Assembly (NCBI GenBank): GCA_038087875.1
Contig: CM075977.1
Location: 227,726,001 to 227,790,000, forward strand
From: Malacoraja senta
Taxonomy: Eukaryota
Reading direction: 5' to 3'
Length of the DNA stretch: 64,000 nucleotides
Notes under the pieces: model-generated
What the model was told of the DNA's origin: nothing
Seen by the model: only the letters and a program-made list of their open reading frames with translations
Database searches by the model: none
Program-made: the position numbers and the translations under genes
Shown here: positions 51,654 through 62,500 of the stretch, piece by piece
Layout: each line of letters opens with the position of its first letter
How positions within the stretch are numbered: position 1 is the stretch's first letter

Positions 51654-52030
51654 CAGCGCTCTCGCTTAACTTTTTTTTCCTGTTGCCAGCCGGGCAACCT
51701 AGGCAGCTTTTTAGGTTGCCAAATGACAGTTTAGGTGGTCATTTAAGACGGCTTGCATGACACGTGCGATAATGTGCTCGGACGAAGTGCGTAGTTACCA
51801 GTCAGAATTATGGTCAATGAAGCATTCACATATTATTTCTGCTTCAAATAAAGTCACAAACTAAACATATTCACCAATCAAGACATGATATATACCACAA
51901 TGACATGCAGCAAAATTACAATACAGCATCTCATCTCCTTTTACACGATGCAAAGAATGCAATTTCTATTATTTCTTTCCACTTCCAAACAAAATTCTGG
52001 TTGGATTATTCAGCGTATGATCAACCTCAG
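51654..52030 (+). mobile_element. left part of a non-autonomous hAT-like element
   Basis: Starts CAGCGCTCTCGCTTAAC with subterminal GGCAAC/GTTGCC repeats; matching right-end style at 58487-58573. Confidence 0.55.
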
Positions 52031-52272
52031 TGAGACCAAGTGCAGGCTTGGCGATCGCTTCGCACAACACCTACACTCAGTTCGCAATAACCAACCTGAT
52101 CTCCCGGTGGCTCAGCACTTCAACTCCTCCTCCCATTCCGAATCCGACCTTTCTGTCCTGGGCCTCCTCCATGGCCAGAGTGAGGCCCACTGCAAATTGG
52201 AGGAACAGCACCTCATATTTTGCTTGGGTAGTTTACACCCCCAGCGGTATGAACATTGACTTCTCCAATTTC

Positions 52273-52866
52273 TAACTAAAGACTACCAAAGACTAAAGAA
52301 GGTCCATCTGTCTCCTCAGATTCTGGTGAACTTCTATCGCTGCACCATCGAGACCATCCTTACCAACTGTATCACAGTATGGTATGGCAATTGCTCTGTC
52401 TCCGACCGGAAAGCACTGCAGAGGGTGGTGAAAATTGCCCAACGCCTCACCGGTTCCTCACTCCCCTCCATTGAGTCTGTCCAAAGCAAGCGTTGTCTGC
52501 GAAGGGCGCTCAGCATCGCCAAGGACTGCTCTCACCCCAACCACAGACTGTTTACCCTCCTACCATCTGGGAGGCGCTACAGGTCTCTCCGTTGCCGGAC
52601 CAGCAGGTCCAGGAACAGCTTCTTCCCTGCGGCTGTTACACTACTCAACACTGTACCTCAGTGACTGCCAATCACCACCCCCCCTCCCCGGACACTCCTC
52701 CCACCAGGAAAAAATACTGTGACTGTATGCACGTAAATAGATTTATTTATTGCTCATATTTAAGTCGCTCTTCTAGGGAGATGCTAACTGCATTTCGTTG
52801 TCTCTGTACTGTACACTGCACACTGACAATAAAGTTGAATCTGAATCTGAATCTGAATCTGAATCT
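52273..52866 (+). mobile_element. Rex-Babar 3' fragment with (TGAATC)n tail
   Basis: NFYRCTIETILTNCITVWYGNC...RNSFFPAAVTLLN. Confidence 0.92.
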
Positions 52867-52972
52867 TCAGGTAGTCCTTGCTTTCTCCCTCCTTCACCTC
52901 CCATTCCCAGCTCTCCCACAGCCTACTGTTTCCGCCTCTTCCTTTATTTTTACTGACCCCCCCGACATCAGT

Positions 52973-53000
52973 CTGAAGAAGGGTCACGACCCGAAACGTC
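52973..53000 (+). ncRNA. minimal type I hammerhead ribozyme motif
   Basis: CUGAAGA-A-GGGUC-AC-GACCC-GAA-ACGU-C; helix I pairing is weak. Confidence 0.6.
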
Positions 53001-54502
53001 ACCTATTCCTTCGCTCCATAGATGCTGCCTCACCCGCTGATTTTCTCCAGCTTAGTCTACCAACGGGATCCCACCACTGGCCACATCTTCCCATCTGCTC
53101 CCCTGTCGGCTTTCCACAGAGACCGCTCCTTCCGTAACTCCCTGGTCATTTCGTCCCTTCCCACACAAACCACACCCTCTCCTGGCACTTTCCCTTGCAA
53201 CCGCAGGAAATGCTACACTTGTCGCTTTACCTCCCCCCTTGACTCCATTCAAGGACTCAAGCCGTCTTTCCAGGTGCGGCAGAGGTTCACGTGCACCTCC
53301 TCCAACCTCATCTATTGCATCCGCTGCTCTAGGTGTCAGCTGCTCTACATCGGTGAGACCAAGCATAGGCTTGGCGATCGCTTTGCCCAATACTTCCGCT
53401 CGGTTCGCAATAACTAACCTGATCTCCTGGTTGCTCAGCACTTCAACTCTCCCTCCCATTCCGAATCAGACTTTTCTGTCCTGGGCCTCCACCATGGCCA
53501 GAGTGAGGCCTACCGTAAATTGTAGGAGCAGCACCTCATATTTTGCTTGGGCAGTTTACACCCCAGCGGTATGAAAATTGACCTACAATTTCAGGTAGTC
53601 CCTGCTTTCTCCTCCGCTTCCCAGCTCTCCCTCAGCCCACTGTCTCCGCCTCTTCCTTTCTTCTTCCCACCCCCTGCACCCTCACATCAGTTTGAAGAAG
53701 GGTCTCGACCCAAAACGTCGCCTATTTCCTTCGCTCCATAGATGCTGCCTCACCCACTGAGTTTCTCCAGCATTTTTGTCTCCCCATTCACACAAGTTAT
53801 GTTATCCCACTTTCCACACCCACTCCCTACACATTAGGGGCAATTTTACAGAGACAAGTTAACCTACAAAGCCAATGCATCTTTGGGATGTGGGAGGAAA
53901 CCTACATGCTTGCAGGGAGAATGTGCAAATTCAACACAGACAGTGCCCGAGGACAGGATCGAACACAGATCCCTGGTGTGTGAAGCAGCAAGTCCACCAG
54001 TTGTGCCACTATATTTTATTTTCCAACACACAAAAAATTATACGTTGATAACTTTGGTTACTAAAAAAAAGAAACTATCCATTTTCAGTCTTAAATCTCT
54101 AAGTGATGCTATGTCCCCGTTTACAGCTACTGTAGGTTTTAAATCAGTTCAAAACTATGGGGCAGTACATTGGCCATAAAGTTGCTGCCTAAAATTGCCA
54201 GAGACCCGGAATTTATCCGGAATATGGGTGCTGTCTGTATGGAGTTTGCTCCTTTTCCCTTTGATCGCATGGGTTTTCTCCGGGTGCTCTTATTTCCTTC
54301 CACATTCCAAAGGTGTGCAGGAACCTTTTTCAGACCCAACCCAAAACGTAATATTTTCCTTTTGTCCAGAGATTCTGTCTGACCTATTGAGTTACTCCAG
54401 CTTTTTGTGTCTATCTTCAGCTTGAACCAGCATCTGCAGTTCTTTCCTAGAACTTTATTAATCCAAGGAGGGGAATTGTGTGTGTGTGTGTATAGTTATA
54501 TA

Positions 54503-55856
54503 TCTATATTACTAAAGATCTTGACCGCTTTCGGCTCGCTGTACTGTGATTTCCGAGAGAACGCCGCCACCTACGGCCGTCATTTTTGGCCACCTCGCTC
54601 AGAGCCCCCCTCCGCCTTCTGGGACCAGAGGATTTTTCCCATCGATGAACAATCAGAGAGATATTCATGTTTTTTAATTTTTTGCCATTCTCTCTGCTGC
54701 CCCTGCTGGAGGGAGGGGGAGGGACTATAAAACCAGGAAGTGGTGTGCCTCACTCAGTCTCTGCAAGATGGAGGAAGCGAGAGGTTCACGTCTCTCTGAG
54801 CTCTGAATAACACTGAACACGTCTACTCAACTGTGAGTGCCCTTAATGTGGTTTGAAAATGAAAATATGGTTGGTTTGAAGTAAAAAGGCACTGCCTGCA
54901 AATGGTTTTTGGGGGGTTTGGGTTGAAGTGAAAAGGCACTGCCTGCAAATGGTTGTTTGTCTAAACTTGACAACTTCCTGTTTGCACTATATTGATTTTA
55001 GATAAAACGCTACCACTTACTGCTGTGATTTTTGGCCATCTTACTCGGTTCCCCTCTGCTCATCAGGTGCAGAGGATTCTTCCCATCAATGAAAAACAAA
55101 AGTGTTATTAGTGTTTAAAAATGTTTGAGAATCTCTCTCCTGTCAATCACGCCATGAAGGCCACACCTTTTCCGGTGGGAGGGGGAGGGATTATAAAACC
55201 CGGAAGTGTGGGTGTGGCTCAGTCTCTGCATGATGGGAGAGGGAGAGGTCACGACTCTGTCTGAGCTGTGAATCAACTGAACACACTGAATGTCTACTGA
55301 ACTGTGAGTGTGGTGTTTTGTGTGGTTTTATGGTGGTTTTTATGGTGGTTTCACCCTGCTTGAAATAGTAGGAAACTGAACCTGAATTTGGTGGCCTTGC
55401 ACCCTGCTTGAAGTGTTATGAAACTGCACTTGAATTTTGTGGCGTTGCACCCTGCTCGAAGAGGTAAGAAACTGCACTTGAATTTGGTGGCCTTGCACCC
55501 TGCTTGAAATGGTAGGAAAATGGATTTGAATTTGGTGGCCTTGCACTCTGCTTGAAATGGAATTTCAAGGACTAGCCGCGGGTCAACTGCCAGCCCACCA
55601 GCCGTGAGTGAGCTGCCAGCACATCAGCCATGACTGAGCTGCCACCCCAAGAATCCATTGTCCCAAACAATGTCCATACTAGCCCTCTGGAGACCAGTAG
55701 TCCCTGCAGCCAACAACACCCATGCCAGTGCTCCAGAAAGCCCCCCCCCCCCCCCACTGGCCACCAATATTGGAATTGGTGGAGAGGTGGAATATTGCGT
55801 CGGGGGACCAGCCCTCCCGTGTGAACATGGGACCCAACGAGCCCCACTTAGTCTAG
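54503..55856 (+). mobile_element. non-autonomous Helitron, copy 1
   Basis: A|TCTATATTACTAAA start, subterminal hairpin, CTAG end. Confidence 0.92.
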
Positions 55857-56231
55857 TCTATTACTAAAAGTCTGATCTTGACCGCTTTTGGCTCACTGTG
55901 CTGTGATTTCCGAGAGAACGCCGCCACCTACGGCCGTGATTTTTGGCCACCTCGCTCAGAGCCCCCCTCCGCCTTACTGGACCAGAGGATTTTTCTCATC
56001 GATGAAAAAGCAGAGAGATATTAATGTTTTTAAAATGTTTGTCATTCTCTCTGCTGCCTCTGCTGGAGGGAGGGGGGGACTATAAAACCGGGAAGTGGTA
56101 TGCCTCACAGTCTCTGCAAGATGGAGGAAGCCAGAGGGTCAATTCTCTCTGAGCTCTGAATAACATTGAACACATGTCTACTCAACTGGGAGTGCCCTTA
56201 ATGTGGTTTGAAAATGAAAATTTGGTTGATT

Positions 56232-56506
56232 TGAAGTAAAAAGGCACTGCCTGCAAATGGTTGTTTGGGGTTTTGGGTTGAAGTGAAAAGGCACTGCCTG
56301 CAAATGGTTGTTTGGGGGGGTTTGGGTTGAAGTGAAAAGGCACTGCCTGCAAATGGTTGTTTGGGGGGTTTGGGTTGAAGTGAAAAGGTACTGCCTGCAA
56401 ATGGTTGTTTAGGGGGTTTGGGTTGAAGTGAAAGGGCACTGCCTGCAAATGGTTGTTTGGGGGGTTTGGGTTGAAGTGAAAAGGCACTGCCTGCAAATGG
56501 TTGTTT
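56232..56506 (+). repeat. 48-bp minisatellite A (about 6 units; about 2 in copy 1)
   Basis: tgaagtgaaaaggcactgcctgcaaatggttgtttggggggtttgggt. Confidence 0.95.
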
Positions 56507-56899
56507 GTCTAAACTTGACAACTTCCTGTTTGCACTATATTGATTTTGGATAAAACGCTACCACTTACGGCTGTGATTTTTGGCCATCTTACTCAGTCCC
56601 CCTCCGCTCATCAGGTGCAGAGGATTCTTCCCATCAATGGAAAACAAAAGTGTTATTAGTGTTTAAAAAATGTTGAGAATCTCTCTCCTGTCAATCACGC
56701 CATGAAGGCCACACCTTTTCCGGTGGGAGGCGGAGGGATTATAAAACCCGGAAGTGTGGGTGTGGCTCGGTCTCTGCATGATGGGGGAGGGAGAGGTCAC
56801 GACTCTGTCTGAGCTGTGAATCAACTGAACACACTGAATGTCTACTGAACTGTGAGTGTGGTGTTTTGTGTGGTTTTATGGTGGATTTTATGGTGGTTT

Positions 56900-57298
56900 C
56901 ACCCTGCTTGAAATAGTATGAAACTGCATTTGAATGTGGTGTCATTGCACCCTGCATGAAATGGTATGAAACTGCATTTGAATGTGGTGTCGTTGCACCC
57001 TGCATGAAATGGTTTGAAACTGAATTTGAATTTGGTGGCCTTGCACCCTGCTAGAAGTGGTTGGAAACTGCACTTGAATTCGGTGGCCTTGTACACTGCT
57101 TGAAGTGGTAGGAAACTGAACCTGAATTTGGTGGCCTTGCACCCTGCTTGAAGTGGTATGAAACTGCACTTGAATTTTGTGGCCTTGCACCCTGCTCGAA
57201 GAGGTAAGAAACTGCACGAATTTGGTGGCCTTGCACCCTGCTTGAAATGGTAGGAAAATGGATTTGAATTTGGTGGCCTTGCACTCTGCTTGAAATGG
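56900..57298 (+). repeat. 48-bp minisatellite B (about 8 units; about 4 at 55352-55560)
   Basis: caccctgcttgaaatggtatgaaactgcacttgaatttggtggccttg. Confidence 0.95.
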
Positions 57299-58089
57299 AA
57301 TTTCAAGGAATAGCCGTGAGTCAACTTCCAGCCCACCAGCCGCGAGTGAACTGCCAGCATATCAGGCTTGAGGGACTGAGCTGCCACCCCAAGAATCCAT
57401 TTGGCCCACAATGTCCAGTAGTCCCTGCAGCCAACAACACACATACCAGCGCTCCAGAAAGCCCCCCCCCCCCCCACTGGCCACCAATATTGGAATTGGT
57501 GGAGAGGTGGAATATTGCGTCGAGGGACCAGCCCTCCCGTGTGAACATAGGACGCAACGGGTCCCACAGTCTAGTTCATATATAAATATACACTGTTTTG
57601 TTTTCTCGTTGATAACATTGTTTACAGAGTACTATGTTTACATTCTGTTGTGCTGCTGCATGTAAGGATTTCATTGGGACATGAGAGAATAAAACAATCT
57701 TGACTCTTGACTTACGTCGCTAATGTGTGGGATAGAACTAGTGTACGGGTGATCGGTGATCAGCGTGGACTCGGTGGGCCGAAGGGCCTGTTTCCATGCT
57801 GTATCTTTAAATTAAACTAAAACACTAAAACCAGAGGAATTCTAAAGAGTCTCTACCCGAAACGTCACCCAAATTCTTCTATCCAGAGATGCTGGCTGCT
57901 CCATGGAGTTCCGCCATACAATTAAAGCATGGAATAGTCTTCATCCTACTATAGGTACCCAACCAGAAGCAATTAAATTTAAGGTAGCTCTTTTTTCCCC
58001 CAAGAACCCTTTCTTGTTTAAGTCCAAGTATATATATATATATACAATAAATAAACAGATAAAATGCAATAGGCTGTTATTTTGCATCC

Positions 58090-58573
58090 AATTCGAATAT
58101 TTTTGGAGGACCAGGAAACCAAGCAGCAAGAGTCACTCCAGGGAGTTACTCCAGCTCCAGCGAGTGAGTCTGCGTTGGTTTTCAGCGGTCGCGGCGAGTG
58201 GACGGCAATGGCAGCCAGATCTCCCACCATGCAAAGGGAGGGAGAAAGTGGCCGACGCCGACCAGTTGCAGTGGCAGTGCGCATGTGCAGGGAGGCACAT
58301 GCGCACAACCACAGCCAATGATGTGCTGGCCAAAGATCCTCGCTATAGGATCTTTGGTGCTGGCCGTGGTTGTGCGCATGTGTAAGGCGGATGAGGAGCG
58401 GGCGGAGACCCGAGACACGGAGAGTGACAGAGAGAGAGAGAGAACGATAGAGAGGGGGCCCACTCAGAATTAAACGAGAGGCCCTGGGTGCTTGCCAAGC
58501 CGGGCAAAATGGCACGGCTTTTAGGTCTGTGGGTTGCCATTGGCAACCGGGCAACCGCTAATTTCGAGCCCTG
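58090..58573 (+). mobile_element. right part of hAT-like non-autonomous element(s)
   Basis: Ends GCTAATTTCGAGCCCTG with GGCAAC subterminal repeats; second GGCCCTG-type end near 58486. Confidence 0.55.
58331..58356. mobile_element. 26-bp TIR-only element with 8-bp TSD
   Basis: GTGCTGGC|CAAAGATCCT-CGCTAT-AGGATCTTTG|GTGCTGGC. Confidence 0.75.
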
Positions 58574-58581
58574 TGTATATA

Positions 58582-58990
58582 CAGTGCCCTCCATAATTTT
58601 TGGGGCACAAGCTAAAGATGTCTGTAATACAGGCCTGGCAGAGCATCACCAGAGAAGACACCCAGCAACTGGTGATGTCCATGAATCGCAGATTTCAAGC
58701 AGTCATTGCATGCAAAGTTATGCAACAAAATACTAAACATTACTATTTTCATTTACATGACATTGCTGTGTCCCAAACATTATGGTGCCCTGAAATGGGA
58801 GGACTATGTATAAACACTGCTGTAATTTCTACATGGTGAAACCAAAATGTATAAAAATGGCCTTTATTAAACTCTGACAATGTGCACTTTAACCACATGT
58901 GATTTTTTCTATTACAAATCTCAAATTGTGGAGTACAGAGGGAAATAAATAAATGATGGGTCTTTGTCCCAAACTTTATGGAGGGCACTG
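58582..58990 (+). mobile_element. internally deleted Tc1 of the same family as 46714-49671
   Basis: TA TSDs; ~25 bp of left TIR fused to HKLKM...AVIACK and a full right TIR. Confidence 0.92.
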
Positions 58991-59599
58991 TAGGTGCAGA
59001 GGGAAATGGTTGTTCATGGGCATCTGAAATAGCAAAAGGTTATAGAGAAGTAGGGGAATGGGATTGATGGTATTGCTTTGAGAATCTGCATCATTCTGAT
59101 GGGCTGAATGAGAAGACAACACGATGAGCCAAGCAAAAGAAACTGAAATGAGGCAGCTTGGATTAAAAATGAGTTCAGTGGGCAACAAAGAGTAACAGTC
59201 AAGTGTAATTTTGGTAAAAACAGGGCAATAAGGTTCTGGATGTACAGTTCCATTGATTTGGATTTGGGAGTCACAAATAAAAAAGTTTGTCAATGATACC
59301 AGAACTGGCTATGTAATTGATAGCGAGGTAGAAAGTTCTAGACTGCTGCAAGAGTGAGAACATTGAGGGAATTTTGCAAGCTAATTACCAATGCACCTGT
59401 TTTCTCTCCACATTCACCTCTTTTAAAATCCTCAGGTGCAGAATATCCGCTGCAAGAGATTAGTCTTGTTTTGGCCACCCAGATTTCTCCTACTTTCCCT
59501 TTAGTTGTGTTAATTTCAGTTCCTCGCTGTCATTAGACACTCATTTCACATCTACCTTTGAAAGATGCACCTCCTGCAACAAAGATTTACTAAATAATT

Positions 59600-60725
59600 A
59601 CAAACCCACTGACTCCCACAATTATCTCGACTACACTTCTTCCCACACTGCTTTCTGCAAAGACTCTATCCCCAACTCCCAATTCCTCCGTCTACGCCCA
59701 AGATGAGGTGTTCCATACTAGAATATCCGAGATGTCCTCATTCTTTAGGGAATGGGGGTTCCCCTCTCCCATCATAGATGAGGCCCTCACTCATGTCTCC
59801 TCGGTACCCCGCAGCTCCACCCTTGCTCCCCCTCCCTCTAGTCGCAACAAAGTCCCCCTCGTCCTTACCTTCCACCCCATCAGCCGTTGCATACAACACA
59901 TAACCCTCCGAAATTTCTGCTACCTCCAACGGGATCCCACCACGAGCCACATTTTCCCATCTCCATCCCTTTCCGCCTTCCGCAGAGACCGTTCCCTCCG
60001 CACCTCCCTGGTTAACTCATCCCTTTCCACCCAAACCAACCCCTCCCCAGGTACCTTCCCCTGCAACTACACCTGTCGCTATATCTCCTCCCTCGATCCT
60101 GTCCAAGGACCCCAACGGTCCTTTCAGGTTAGCCAGAGGTTCACTTGCACCTCCTCCAACCTCATCTACTGTATCCGTTGTTCAAGATGTGGACTCTTAT
60201 ACATCAGCGAGACCAAACGCAGACTGGACGATCGTTTTGCAGAACACCTTCGCTCGGCCCGCATGAACCAACCTGATCTCCTGGTTGCCGGACATTTTAA
60301 TTCTCCTTCGCATTCCTGCACAGACCTTTCTGTCCTCGGTTTCCTCCATTGTCAGAGTGAAGCTAAACGCAAATTGGTGCAACAGCATCTCATATTTCGC
60401 TTGGGAAGCTTACAGCCCAGTGGTATATTGATTTCTCTCAATTCAGGTAGCCCTGGCATTCCCTCTCTCTCTATCCCTCCCCCACCCAAGTCACACTAGC
60501 TTCTCATTTTCACCCTACAATCAGCTTACAATGGCCGGTTTCCTTTATCATCGTTACTTTTTTGCATCTTTCATTCATTGTTCCTTATTTCTCCACATAT
60601 TTGTCTATATCTCTCGTTTCCCTTATCCCTAACCAGTCTGAAGAAGGGTCTCGACCCGAAACGTCACCCATTCCTTCTCTCCAAAGATGCTGCCTGTCCC
60701 ACTGAGTTACTCCAGCTTTGTGCCT
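59600..60725 (+). mobile_element. 5'-truncated Penelope element with 15-bp TSD
   Basis: TSD atttacTaaataatt (59585-59599) / atttacGaaataatt (60726-60740); ORF 59708-60499 with RT thumb end and GIY-YIG (NLIYCIRCSRCGLLYISET). Confidence 0.92.
60638..60665 (+). ncRNA. minimal type I hammerhead ribozyme motif
   Basis: CUGAAGA-A-GGGUC-UC-GACCC-GAA-ACGU-C. Confidence 0.62.
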
Positions 60726-61182
60726 ATTTACGAAATAATTGTTTTGTTATTTATTCCTCTTATAATTTCTCCCATCATTGGCCCCATGAGTCACACTTTA
60801 TTGTCACTGCTTTTTTTTATTAGCACAATATGGAGATTAAAACATTTCTTGCTTTCCTTGCTACTTTACAGTCACAAATTCATTTCAACTATTAATGTCC
60901 ACTTTCATAATTTAACATTTATTTCTGTGGTAAAAAATTGCTGCTTCCCAAATTTCTCCCAATCCTCCAGTTTGCAACTCTTTTTGGAAACTTCAGCCGT
61001 TGTTAAAAAAAAAACACTGTACCCTGCTTAACTGTTTGCCTGGCCACTAATTCATCATTTTTCATGCTAGGACATCAATGGAATGTACATTATTAGTGAA
61101 AATTTTGAAATAGTCATTTAAAAACATGCCATTTTAATCAAGTTTCCCAATTTTAGCCAACGTGTGTGTGCGCGTGCGTGCG

Positions 61183-61447
61183 TGATCCCACCACCATTCA
61201 CATCTTCCCTTTCCACCTTCCACAGCTCGTTCACACTGCAACTCCTTAGTTCGCTCATGCCTTCCCACCCAAACCATCGCCTCCACAGATATTATCCCCT
61301 ACAACCACAGGTGATGTGACACCTGTGCCTATACTTCCTCACTCACATCCATCCAGGGACCTCAGCAATCCTTCCAGGTGAGACAGAGGTTCTTGTGCAC
61401 CTTTTCTAGCCTAATGGTATGAACAATGAATTCTCCAATTATAGGTC
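61183..61447 (+). mobile_element. degenerate Penelope fragment
   Basis: Homologous to 53065-53300. Confidence 0.75.
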
Positions 61448-61621
61448 AAAAAACCTACACCCCCCCCCCCCCCTTATATCACACCTTTTGTCTTTTTTTC
61501 TATCCAACAAAGCAGTGTGGGAAATATCAGGTCATTTTCAGATCTACAAGTATTACAGGAAACATTGCAAAATGTTCCAATCTTTACAATATACATTGAT
61601 GACTTAGATAAGACACACAGT

Positions 61622-61749
61622 CTTCTTCTTGCGTATGGCATGCACAGCCTAAAGTTGTAGGACAACTTGCTCTATTTGATTGTGCACATCAGGTTGATTG
61701 TATTCGTGGAAACAGGGCGGACCACGTGAAGGTTGCAATCTCCCACCCC
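61622..61749 (-). mobile_element. 128-bp non-autonomous retroposon (Ingi/Vingi-like tail) with 11-bp TSD
   Basis: TSD agaCacacagt (61611-61621) / agaAacacagt (61750-61760); 3' end ccatacgcaagaagaag. Confidence 0.85.
61696..61749 (-). ncRNA. minimal HDV-like (CPEB3-type) self-cleaving ribozyme fold
   Basis: GGGGUGG(P1) GA GAUUGCA(P2) ACC(P3) UUCACGU(L3) GGU CCGCCCU(P1') GU UUCCA C GAA UACAAUC(P2'). Confidence 0.8.
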
Positions 61750-62149
61750 AGAAACACAGTGTGATGCATCCACATTTGAAGACAAATAAATTCAGATGAG
61801 AAAAATATGCAAGAAGTGGCAAAGACGTATCACTGACATAAGTATGCAAACATAGTGAGAAATCTGAAACTTTTCTTTGGAAGGAAAAGAAATGCAGATT
61901 TAAATAAAGAATGAGAACAATAAGTGTTGATAAGACCTGATCAAAAAATAATTAGGAATCCAAAAAGTACACCAGTCTTAATTCCAGAGGCTGGTTACAA
62001 AAGTAAGGATATTTTATGCAATTCAAAGAGTTTGACAAATTCAGTGTCTTTAAAGAGGAATAGAACAATGCGTATTGCCATAAAGCTTCACTATCTTGAT
62101 TCCTGGAATTGGTAGGTGTTCTTATGACTGATTTCAGATAACATTATTT

Positions 62150-62500
62150 ACCTTCTTTGAAATTAAGACCGGGGAATGATTTTATTCAAATATCTGAAAT
62201 GTTATGAAGAATTAACAGGAAGCAGTTTTCTTTGGGTGGAGAAAGATTTCAAGCTGAGCAGAAGCCTTGTGATTTTGGACTGCTGTCCCCAGGGCCAGAA
62301 TATCCAATCTGTTTTTTGATAGCACCTTGCTATCCTTGCACCATCTGTCCATCTTACTAGCAAAACCTTGACCATGTTCGTCTCATTGGTGTACAGCATG
62401 AGGGGCCAGGTTGCCTACTCTCCCTCCAGGTTTCCAAGGAGAAAAATGAATTACTGTTGTTGTTGGCCATCTCCAGGTACCATTTGACAGGCCTCTTTAA
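62150..62500 (-). mobile_element. highly degenerate L1/Tx1 remnant
   Basis: Traces WYLEMANNNSNSFFSLE and MLYTNETNMVKV resemble Tx1 ORF2 segments. Confidence 0.4.

Larger units (their letters stand above)
52030..53785 (+). mobile_element. two tandem Penelope (Poseidon-type) 3' fragments
   Basis: GIY-YIG region CTSSNLIYCIRCSRCQLLYIGETKHRLGDRF; pseudo-LTR modules at 52973 and 53692; first copy split by a Rex-Babar insert. Confidence 0.9.
55857..57574 (+). mobile_element. non-autonomous Helitron, copy 2, head-to-tail with copy 1
   Basis: Junction CTAG|TCTATTACTAAAAG; ends CTAG|T. Confidence 0.92.

Noticed and set aside
51654-58573. Single 6.9-kb hAT composite (flanks tgtgtata / tgtatata)
   Set aside because: TSD imperfect and low-complexity; interior includes older-looking SINE debris, so two separate fragments are as likely.
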